The position numbers and the translations under genes were made by a program. A stretch of 64,000 bases of DNA from Thermoplasmata archaeon (GTDB lineage Archaea > Thermoplasmatota > Thermoplasmata > Thermoplasmatales > GCA-001856825), in NCBI GenBank assembly GCA_021792255.1, contig JAJYUZ010000003.1, forward strand, positions 1-64,000. The letters run 5' to 3'. Shown piece after piece: positions 48,520 through 56,573 of this stretch (positions are counted from its first letter, which is position 1; the number at the start of each line of letters is the position of its first letter). The notes beneath the pieces were generated by a model. The model worked only from the letters and a program-made list of their open reading frames with translations. It was not told the origin of the DNA and did no database searches.

Positions 48520-50141
48520 GTGTTTTTTCCTAGATAGTCTGGAATTTCTTCAACCTTGATTCGGATCTGTTCCCTTGTGTCTCTGTGTCTTATCGTGACG
48601 TCTCCATTCTTGAGCGAATCGTAGTCTATAGTGATGCAGTAGAGAATACCAACCTCATCGTACCTCGAGTATCGTTTCCCAATCGATCCCGAGTCGTCGT
48701 ACAACACCGAGAACTTTCTCCTGAGAAGGCCCTCGAAAATGGAACTTGCCTTTGAGCCAAGTTCATCCTTATTCATTAGGGGCAAGATGACGGCATCGTA
48801 GGGAGAGACGGAATAAGGTATCTTCAACCAGACGTACCCAGAATCCTCCCTTGACAATAGGTTGTGGTCCAGAATTGTGTACATAATACGGTCAAAGCCG
48901 AATGCTGGTTCAATTACGGTTGGGATGAAATCTTCTCTATCCACTACCACCTTCTCTTCTTCTTCTACGGTGAATCTGGTCAGATCTATCTTATCCTTTC
49001 CAATAATTAGATCCGACTTTCCTTCTTTAATGGCTTCGATTATCTTGGCGGAATTTTCGAGAGATTCTGATTTTATTTTCTGATAATCAATGACCCTCTT
49101 TTTTTGAATCTCTTCTTTCTTGGGAATCACCCGTTGAGCATACAGGTCCTTTCCAGAGGAATTTATGTGAGAGGACAGATCATAGGTCCCCCTGTGTGCG
49201 ATCCCGGTTATTTCTACCCAACCAAGATCTGTTAACGCTTCTGCATCCCACGTGTCGGATGAGTAGTGACTTAGCTCTTCCTTCCTGTGCTGCCTGAACC
49301 TTATTCTTGTCAAGTCTATTCCGACATCAGAGTAGAACTTGAGTGCCAGTCCCATGAAGTACGCCATAGGATGGCTCTTCACTATTCTCTTTTCATAGAC
49401 TTCCTCCGGAGTTGCTTTTATCTCCTTTCCATCGTTCGCCAGGAATGTCACGCTGTGTGTGTTTTCTGGTTCGTGAATCCATTTCTCATTACGAGGGTCA
49501 AAAAAAGATTCACACTCCATCATGTTGAATTCCCTTAGCCTGTAAAGGGCCCTCCTTGGTGATATTTCGTTTCTGTAACCCCTTCCCACGGTTATGATTG
49601 CAAACGGAAGCTTCTCCCTGAAGAATCTATAGTATTCTTTGAAGTTGATGAACATCCCCTGCGCTGTCTCAGGCCTCAGATATAGCGGTTCCAAGTCTTG
49701 GCCCTGTTCGACCGGAAACATCAATTTCTGTATTTTGACATCACCGAATTCTCCCTGACACTTTTCGCATCTAATTTTGAGCTCTTCCAGTTTGTTCTGA
49801 ATCCACTGTTTGTCCAGTATTGCAGTTACACCTTTCTTCTCGATAAGGTCGTCTGCCCTGTATTTTGAGTGGCACTTGGTGCACTCCACCAAAAAATCAA
49901 AGAATCTGTCATAGTGACCCGATGCTTTGAGGACCTGGGGGTGTGTTATGGAAGTCCCATCGAATTCTGCGATGTTCCCCTCTCCTAGCATCGCCTCTTT
50001 CCAGATTCTAACGACTTTGTCCTTTATTCTGGAACCGTATGGACCGTAATCGTATAGACCGGATATACCGCCGTATATCCCGAATCCTTGAAAATAAATT
50101 CCTCTTCTTCTAGCGACTTCTTCCTGATCCACACTCTTCAT
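48498..50141 (-). CDS. glyS: Glycine--tRNA ligase (dimeric type)
   Basis: YLRPETAQG, RNEISPR, IEPAFGFDR, GSIGKRYSRYDEVG. Confidence 0.97.
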   Translation of the reverse strand: MKSVDQEEVARRRGIYFQGFGIYGGISGLYDYGPYGSRIKDKVVRIWKEAMLGEGNIAEFDGTSITHPQVLKASGHYDRFFDFLVECTKCHSKYRADDLIEKKGVTAILDKQWIQNKLEELKIRCEKCQGEFGDVKIQKLMFPVEQGQDLEPLYLRPETAQGMFINFKEYYRFFREKLPFAIITVGRGYRNEISPRRALYRLREFNMMECESFFDPRNEKWIHEPENTHSVTFLANDGKEIKATPEEVYEKRIVKSHPMAYFMGLALKFYSDVGIDLTRIRFRQHRKEELSHYSSDTWDAEALTDLGWVEITGIAHRGTYDLSSHINSSGKDLYAQRVIPKKEEIQKKRVIDYQKIKSESLENSAKIIEAIKEGKSDLIIGKDKIDLTRFTVEEEEKVVVDREDFIPTVIEPAFGFDRIMYTILDHNLLSREDSGYVWLKIPYSVSPYDAVILPLMNKDELGSKASSIFEGLLRRKFSVLYDDSGSIGKRYSRYDEVGILYCITIDYDSLKNGDVTIRHRDTREQIRIKVEEIPDYLGKNTWNGKTS

Positions 50142-50983
50142 TTTATCAATGATGAGATCACGTCAAAGTCATAAACCATTCCGCTTAGTTCGTCATCAAC
50201 GTCTCTAACGGGCAGTTGTGTAAATTTGTTCTTCTTCATGATCCTGGCTGCGTCGTATGCAGAAGCACCTTCGTATATTGAAATGGGACTCTTTACCATT
50301 ATCTTCTCTACTTCCACATTAGGAATCTCAAGATCCCTTATCGTGTAATAGAATGTGTAGATGTCTCTGAGACTCTCCCAGCTCCATGCATCGTCGTCCT
50401 CGCCTATTCCCAGTTGGGTGGAAACAGTCTTTGAGTCGAGATTTGCCCCATTTAGAAGGTCTCTTTCCGTCACTAGACCGGTAAGATTCCCATTGTTGTC
50501 AAGTACGGGGAATGCTGTGACGTGTGTGAGCCTGATTACCCTTTCTACCATCTTCGCGGTAGATTTTATGTGAAGGGGGATTGCGGTTCTGGTCAGCAGT
50601 TTGGTTATTGGAACTTCGACTTTTCTTGCTATGACCGCATCCAGAATATCGTATGGAGTAAGGACTCCGGTGACTTTCTTGTTGTCGACTACTGTCAAGT
50701 GTCTTCTTAGAATCTTGGTGAATATCGTGACAGCCTTCTCCAGAGAATCTTTAGAAGTAAGGGTCGGAACGTCCGTCCTCATGAGCAGTGAAAGCTCATC
50801 CTCCTTAGGATGTTCGAGGATATCTCTTCTCGAAACAATTCCAGCATAATTGGACTTGGGGTCCAACACGGGTACTGCCGCGACGTCTTTGCTGGCCATT
50901 ATTTGCATCGCTTCGGAAACTGAAGCCGGTAGTTTCAGTGTGTACGGCTTCTTGGTCATGTATGTTTCAACGTTGAAATTCAT
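50138..50983 (-). CDS. CBS-domain protein (four CBS repeats)
   Basis: Repeated PV.D....GI/LV...D motifs. Confidence 0.9.
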   Translation of the reverse strand: MNFNVETYMTKKPYTLKLPASVSEAMQIMASKDVAAVPVLDPKSNYAGIVSRRDILEHPKEDELSLLMRTDVPTLTSKDSLEKAVTIFTKILRRHLTVVDNKKVTGVLTPYDILDAVIARKVEVPITKLLTRTAIPLHIKSTAKMVERVIRLTHVTAFPVLDNNGNLTGLVTERDLLNGANLDSKTVSTQLGIGEDDDAWSWESLRDIYTFYYTIRDLEIPNVEVEKIMVKSPISIYEGASAYDAARIMKKNKFTQLPVRDVDDELSGMVYDFDVISSLIK

Positions 50984-51216
50984 TCACGTTCCCTCTAGAG
51001 TTTCGTGTTGTAAGGGGTTTTGGTTACTTTAATTTTATTGTCTGATGACTATTCAATCATCTTCATCTCATTTAAGGGGCGACCAAGGGCAAACCTTCAC
51101 TTTCAGCGAAATAAGGCCCCTCGTTTCGAACTCGCCAGGTAATTGATAGATCTTTAGAGAAAAACGAGACAATTTTGAGCTAAACCTGAATATGTGTCTC
51201 AACTTGGCGTTAAGGA

Positions 51217-51224
51217 TTTATAAG
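51217..51224 (+). promoter_or_regulatory. TATA box of tRNA-Glu
   Basis: TTTATAAG starting 31 nt before G1. Confidence 0.65.
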
Positions 51225-51247
51225 AAGCTAGGTTATCGTTCGTTCAA

Positions 51248-51322
51248 GCTCCGGTGGTGTAGTCCGGCCAAGCATATCGGCCTTTCGAGCCGACGACTCG
51301 GGTCCAAATCCCGGCCGGAGCA
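51248..51322 (+). tRNA. tRNA-Glu (TTC), intronless, CCA not encoded
   Basis: Acceptor GCTCCGG/CCGGAGC, anticodon stem TCGGC/GCCGA with loop CTTTCGA, T-arm TCGGG-TCCAAAT-CCCGG. Confidence 0.95.
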
Positions 51323-51450
51323 TTCTTCATTGACTTTCGATCTGTTTCGTGGTATGAGAGTTGATTCATTCGCTACAAATGAAGTAGCCATCGCAATAAG
51401 TAGGTGTATTGTTACAAAATTCATTAATACTTCTTTTGCAATTGAAAGAC

Positions 51451-51729
51451 ATGAGTTTCCCGGGTGACTTCAGAGAAGCACTGGAGAGGGCACTTGAGAA
51501 TGAAGAACAAAATTCCATAGGATACTGTTTCATTTCTTTAGACTCTGGAGATTGTTACTACAATATGCTGTGGGCATTCAATAATACTGCCTTTTCTACA
51601 TTCAAAAAGCACTTTAACCGAGTGTATACGCCCGAGGAATTTAATGAGCTTAGCTATATAGTAAATGAAAGAATTGAGAAGTTCCTCGAGAAATTCCCTA
51701 GGTTTAGAGTGGGAGACCCTAGATTATAG
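51451..51729 (+). CDS. Small hypothetical protein
   Basis: 92-aa AT-rich ORF after tRNA-Glu; likely ATG 51451. Confidence 0.55.
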   Translation: MSFPGDFREALERALENEEQNSIGYCFISLDSGDCYYNMLWAFNNTAFSTFKKHFNRVYTPEEFNELSYIVNERIEKFLEKFPRFRVGDPRL

Positions 51730-51838
51730 TAAGTTGCCGCCACTGGCTATGCCTTTCAGATTGATTCAAAAATACAAGTGAAGATGCGTTGTCCAATCTT
51801 GGGAGGAAGTATTTAATAGGACTTGCAAATCGAACGCT

Positions 51839-52408
51839 GTGATTTTGAGTTATTTCTACCTATCTCTCATCGGTTACGTTCTGGGACTTTCACTTGCCGT
51901 TCCACCGGGTCCAGTCAACGCAATAATCATGAACGAATCCTCAAAATCGATGTTCCACGGAACCAGCGTAGGAGCAGGAGCAATGACGGCCGATCTTGCT
52001 TTCTTGATAGCACTCTATTTTGGAAGGGTCATCATTCCTGTCTGGGCTTTCAAGTATCTCTACATTTTTGGAGCGGCGGTCATGGTTTACCTATCCATAT
52101 CGGTTATTAGATCAAAGATGCCATCGAAGACTCCTAAGGGAAATTACTTCGTTGGGCTGTCCATGGGGCTCACTAACCCATTTCAGATTATCTGGTGGGT
52201 GACTGTTGGTCTGTTTCTTATCGAAAGAATGACCATTCTTTCAGTTGTAGGATTCTTTTTTGGAATATTGACTTGGATACTTGCTTTCCCATACGCCATG
52301 AACAAGATAGGCAGTAGATATTCACCACTGTTGAAAGTCTTCTCGTTCCTGATTCTCATCATATTTGCTGCGGTGATGTTGACCTACGGGATTGGTTCAT
52401 TTTTTTGA
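51839..52408 (+). CDS. LysE-family exporter
   Basis: GLSLAVPPGPVN, GAMTAD, GLTNPFQIIWW. Confidence 0.92.
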   Translation: MILSYFYLSLIGYVLGLSLAVPPGPVNAIIMNESSKSMFHGTSVGAGAMTADLAFLIALYFGRVIIPVWAFKYLYIFGAAVMVYLSISVIRSKMPSKTPKGNYFVGLSMGLTNPFQIIWWVTVGLFLIERMTILSVVGFFFGILTWILAFPYAMNKIGSRYSPLLKVFSFLILIIFAAVMLTYGIGSFF

Positions 52409-52571
52409 AAGTGTTATGCATGAAAGGCAGTCTCTAACGACTTAAATGGCGTTGCGATTATAATATCAATTTCTTTAATCTCTACGTCTTGAGTTCTCCT
52501 TGTCGTTTCCGTTCCAGTCTAATTTTAGCTTAAAGGTTTAATATTTCATAGTTAATACTCTTCTGATATAA

Positions 52572-53177
52572 ATGCCAGGAACCGAACAACAGAAAGACTG
52601 GTTTTCTAAGCTTGACGAGCAACTCACCAAGAAAGAAAAGGAAGTATTGAAAGACAGTTCACTCACAACGGGTAAAAAATCAGAATTCAACAAGAAAATC
52701 CTTACCGATTTATGGAAAACTTGGGTCAGATTCAACAAGCAAAATATCCATTTCACCATCGATCCTCCTCCGAATAAATGGCTCGAATTTACGAGTTATC
52801 CGGAGAAATTCCAGCTGAGCAACGACTTCTTTTTCGAGAACGTCAGTAACATCACCTTCAAGGATACAGCAGCCGAGGTGGAGAGGGTAGGAGACTCTCT
52901 GAAGATACTATACAAGAGGGAAGAAAACGAAACAGTTTCAGCGCTGTTTGAGTTCTCGGAAGGGGAAAAGTACGATAGATACACGGGATGGCATCGATAT
53001 TTCACTCAGTATGTCCTTTACGAGTCCCCCATGAAGGGGGCCAAGATCGAAGAGCTTGAGGAAGTACTTCTTAGCATAATGACCAAATGGTACGAGAGCC
53101 AGCTCAGGAGAAACAGGGAACTGATAATAGAAGAGATAAAAGGTAACTACAAGAAGGGTGAAACATTTATTGAGTGA
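52572..53177 (+). CDS. Hypothetical protein
   Basis: 201-aa ORF with a TATA box upstream; overlaps the alaX start. Confidence 0.8.
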   Translation: MPGTEQQKDWFSKLDEQLTKKEKEVLKDSSLTTGKKSEFNKKILTDLWKTWVRFNKQNIHFTIDPPPNKWLEFTSYPEKFQLSNDFFFENVSNITFKDTAAEVERVGDSLKILYKREENETVSALFEFSEGEKYDRYTGWHRYFTQYVLYESPMKGAKIEELEEVLLSIMTKWYESQLRRNRELIIEEIKGNYKKGETFIE

Positions 53178-53847
53178 TGGAGGGCAGTTAATCTACCTCC
53201 AGGGCATAGAAAGTTCCTACATCAAAGAGATAGACGTCAAGGTTCTTGGATATGAAAGCGGAGGCTACATTCTGGACAAGACCATTATGCATTACCAGGG
53301 AGGAGGTCAACCGGGGGATAGGGGGATGCTCGTGTCTGGTGATTTGAACATTCCAATCTACAACGTCAAAAAGAAAGGGAAGAACGTGCTGCACCTCTCC
53401 ACACTAGAAACACAAATTGACAAGGGCAAACTTGTCCTAGACTGGGAGAGGAGATACAAGATTATGAAAATGCACACGCTGCAGCACGCAATTTCTGCAG
53501 TCATTTTCAGGGACGGATACGGCTCGCTGATAACGGAAGTTTTTCCAGGGTACGGATTCATCGAAAGCAATTCTTCAGATATCAAGATAAGAAAAGATGG
53601 CTACAAAATCAATGAAATGAATAAGAGCTTGAAACGATACTCGGTGAGTCGAGAAAATCTTGATCCGAAACTGATGGCACGATGCAACCTTGACAAACTC
53701 CCGAAATCGGTCAACGAGGTGTCAGTTGTGGAAATAGAGGGTCTGGATTCGTGCGCTTGCGCAGGAACACACTTAAAGAACACTTCAGAGATAGGAAACT
53801 ACTGGGTGCGGACCCCGGGGAAGAGGGTCGAGTTTGGACTATTCTGA
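53158..53847 (+). CDS. alaX: Alanyl-tRNA editing protein AlaX (AlaX-M type)
   Basis: QGGGQPGDRG, HTLQH, CAGTH. Confidence 0.92.
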   Translation: MKHLLSDGGQLIYLQGIESSYIKEIDVKVLGYESGGYILDKTIMHYQGGGQPGDRGMLVSGDLNIPIYNVKKKGKNVLHLSTLETQIDKGKLVLDWERRYKIMKMHTLQHAISAVIFRDGYGSLITEVFPGYGFIESNSSDIKIRKDGYKINEMNKSLKRYSVSRENLDPKLMARCNLDKLPKSVNEVSVVEIEGLDSCACAGTHLKNTSEIGNYWVRTPGKRVEFGLF

Positions 53848-53854
53848 GCTGCCC

Positions 53855-54550
53855 TCACTGAAACAGTTCTGATTTTGCTAGTATCTCAATTCCGTTAGAT
53901 CCTATGCTATATGGTCGGGCCTTTCTGTCGTGATTCGTCAGGCGCATCTTCAGAACTCTGATAATGCTTGTTGTTGACCCGAGGTTATCGTCGTACTTGT
54001 TTTGCAGTGAAATCACGCCGTCAGAAACGAATTCAGCGAGTCCTTCTCTGCTTGAATAAGGGAACGAGACGCTCGATTCTGCCAGGAGCATTGAGGTCAC
54101 TTTGAGGTCTCTTAGAGCGTTTGAGAGATTGATAATCACATTTCGCTTGAGCACGTCGTTTTCAGCCACCATCAGAATCAGGGAGATGCTGTCTATCACT
54201 ATTCTCTTTGGCCCGAGAGATTCGAGACTCGACTTAAAATTCTCTTCCGTCTTAAGCATCTCAACAAACTCGACCGTGTCCGGATTGAGGAGGAATAGGT
54301 TCTTGTCGAGATAAGGGGTAAAATCTCTGTTGTAGGACTTTGATGCCAGAATTACACTCTCCTTTCTCTCTTCTAGCGTAAAATAGACCACTTTCTCGCC
54401 TTTGACCGCACCTTTGTGAGCAAAATGTATACCCATAGTCGTCTTTCCAGCCCCGTAGCTCCCGAGCACCAGAGTGGAACTCCCCTCGGGAATCCCTCCT
54501 CCAAGCATCGTGTTCAGTCCATCCACACCTGTGTCCACGTTTTCCATCAT
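53855..54550 (-). CDS. KaiC/RAD55-like RecA-superfamily ATPase
   Basis: GSYGAGKT, TLEE, VIDS, LKMR. Confidence 0.92.
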   Translation of the reverse strand: MMENVDTGVDGLNTMLGGGIPEGSSTLVLGSYGAGKTTMGIHFAHKGAVKGEKVVYFTLEERKESVILASKSYNRDFTPYLDKNLFLLNPDTVEFVEMLKTEENFKSSLESLGPKRIVIDSISLILMVAENDVLKRNVIINLSNALRDLKVTSMLLAESSVSFPYSSREGLAEFVSDGVISLQNKYDDNLGSTTSIIRVLKMRLTNHDRKARPYSIGSNGIEILAKSELFQ

Positions 54551-55347
54551 TTCACCTTGGTTGTGTTTAGTACAATCATTCCTGTCTTGTAATCAAATTC
54601 GGTATCGAATCTCTCAATCTTTTCTCTTTCTATAAGAGGCAGGACACCTGTGAATCTTGGAATAGTAACGTACCTCTTTCTCTTGCTGGACTTGTCGGTC
54701 GTATTCCATTCGAAAATTAGTGTACCGTCGAAAATCTCCATCATAATGTTCTCAGCCCTTCTTTCAATTATGTTAGAGGTCATCAGCACGTATACTATGG
54801 AATTCCACATCTTGCTCGCTCTAGAGATTCCTCTCGATATGTCGAACATCGTCTTTTCATCGAGATATTTGCTGGTGACAAGGTCCGTAAAAGAGTCTAT
54901 AATGATCAGCTTGTTCTTCCCGGCCTTTTCAATTTCCTTTATGAACGACGAAACCAAATTTTCCCTATCCCTTATAGTACCCCCGCCGATCCAGGAAGTT
55001 GGAATTTGAGTCTGTGAATAGTAGAGCCGTGAGAAATCGAGGATAGCAATTCTCTTCCTCAGACTCGAAGCTAGTCCCTCCTCCAATGATAGGGTCAGTA
55101 TCCTCATTATTTCATTTGCTGGTTTCGAAAAAGAAACGTAGAGAATTCCATCCGGAAACTCTATTTTGAAGTTCTCCAGTTCCCTTGGGATCTTTCCGTC
55201 AAGTGCTCTCGCTAAATTTACGGCAGATGTCAGGGAAAATTCGAAGTTTCCCGCCCCCGGCTCTCCAAGCAGCAAGACAGAACTCCCTTCGGGTATACCA
55301 CCCTTCATGATGTTGTCAAGAGACGGAACAAATGTTGGAACTTTCAT
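54547..55347 (-). CDS. KaiC-like protein with a degenerate Walker A
   Basis: LDNIMKGGIPEGSSVLLLGEPGAGNFEF (Lys replaced by Asn), IIDS; lacks EE and KxR. Confidence 0.85.
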   Translation of the reverse strand: MKVPTFVPSLDNIMKGGIPEGSSVLLLGEPGAGNFEFSLTSAVNLARALDGKIPRELENFKIEFPDGILYVSFSKPANEIMRILTLSLEEGLASSLRKRIAILDFSRLYYSQTQIPTSWIGGGTIRDRENLVSSFIKEIEKAGKNKLIIIDSFTDLVTSKYLDEKTMFDISRGISRASKMWNSIVYVLMTSNIIERRAENIMMEIFDGTLIFEWNTTDKSSKRKRYVTIPRFTGVLPLIEREKIERFDTEFDYKTGMIVLNTTKVK

Positions 55348-56282
55348 TGAGATGCGCCCGCATCTGCGATCGCTTTTTTGACTGCTTCAGTGCTGTCAAG
55401 TTCGTATCTCCAGCCATTTCTGAAAGCTTTTGTGATATCGAGTCCCATGAACTTTATGTCTCCGTTCCATCCAGCTCCCCCAGGTCCACCAAGAAAGTTT
55501 ATCTTGGCTCCGGGAGAATAACTGGATACTGTAAGTTCGGCGATCTGGGTCACCGATGTCCTTCCTCTGGTACCGAGGTTGAAAAGTCCATCTTCTTTCC
55601 CGTGTAGCTCGACTATACCTTTGACGCAGTCGTCAACGTAGATGTAAGACTTAGTCTGGGTCCCATCGCCCAGTACGTCTAGCACCGATCTATTCTTGGC
55701 CAACTTCTGGATGAAATCGTGGATTGCACCGTGCGTTCCCTTTCTGCCAACGACATTTGCGAACCTGAATATCGAAGATTTAAACCCATAGTTGCTAGAA
55801 AAGCTGAAGATGAATGCTTCTGCAGCGAGTTTTGACGCGCCATAGTGGGAGATCGGTTTCAGGGGTCCATAGATCTCTGGAGTGGGTATCACTTCCGCAT
55901 TCCCGTACACTGCACTTGTTGAGGAAAATACTAACTCTTTGACGTCCTTCGACCGCATCGCCTCAAGGACCGAGTGAGTGGCCTGAACGTTCTCTCTGAA
56001 GTCTATCTTGGAATCGTCAAATCCCTTTCTCACATCAGCATTTGCACTCAAGTGGAACACGACATCTACCCCCTCCATTTCTCTTTTAAGCAATTCCGTT
56101 TCCTTCACGTCGATCTTACTGAATGAGAAGCTCGAAGAAGATTGAAAATCTTTGATGTTTTTCATAATACCATTTGAGAGGTTGTCCACCCCAACCACGT
56201 GATTATCTTTCAATAGGTATTCGACGAGATTTGATCCGATAAATCCTGCGGCCCCCGTCACGAGTATCTTTTTGTTCTTCAC
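55344..56282 (-). CDS. NAD-dependent nucleotide-sugar epimerase/dehydratase
   Basis: TGAAGFIGS, SSTSAVYG, YGASK. Confidence 0.93.
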   Translation of the reverse strand: MKNKKILVTGAAGFIGSNLVEYLLKDNHVVGVDNLSNGIMKNIKDFQSSSSFSFSKIDVKETELLKREMEGVDVVFHLSANADVRKGFDDSKIDFRENVQATHSVLEAMRSKDVKELVFSSTSAVYGNAEVIPTPEIYGPLKPISHYGASKLAAEAFIFSFSSNYGFKSSIFRFANVVGRKGTHGAIHDFIQKLAKNRSVLDVLGDGTQTKSYIYVDDCVKGIVELHGKEDGLFNLGTRGRTSVTQIAELTVSSYSPGAKINFLGGPGGAGWNGDIKFMGLDITKAFRNGWRYELDSTEAVKKAIADAGASQ

Positions 56283-56326
56283 CGTTGCACAATCATTGCA
56301 GAGTCTAAATATTTTCGATAGTCTAT

Positions 56327-56570
56327 CAGGGTCAGATTTACGCTGATCTTGTTCTGTTCTTTAGCGGAAAAGGAAACACTCATTGCCGATATGCAACGGT
56401 TGTCGGTCACGAAGATGATGAAAGCAGGTTCAGAGAAGTAGTCAGAAAAGAACATCTCGTCTTGAGACACTCAGTTGGACGATACTGAGATTATTCTCAT
56501 CCATCGACCAAGTGAGTGAATCGATGATACGCTCCAGTGACGGTGAAATCATCGTGGGAAGTCTTTTTTT
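56327..56570 (+). ncRNA. Candidate structured non-coding RNA
   Basis: Six adjacent stem-loops plus a long-range helix, G-U pairs favouring the + strand, ending in a T7 tract. Confidence 0.35.
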
Positions 56571-56573
56571 CAA

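Noticed and set aside
51042-51121. Hammerhead (CTGATGA..GAAA) or c-di-GMP-I riboswitch (GGGCAAACC) resemblance
   Set aside because: The hammerhead stems do not form and the downstream riboswitch consensus is absent.
56279-56470. 63-aa minus-strand ORF
   Set aside because: It contains the epimerase TATA box and has no recognisable motif or RBS.
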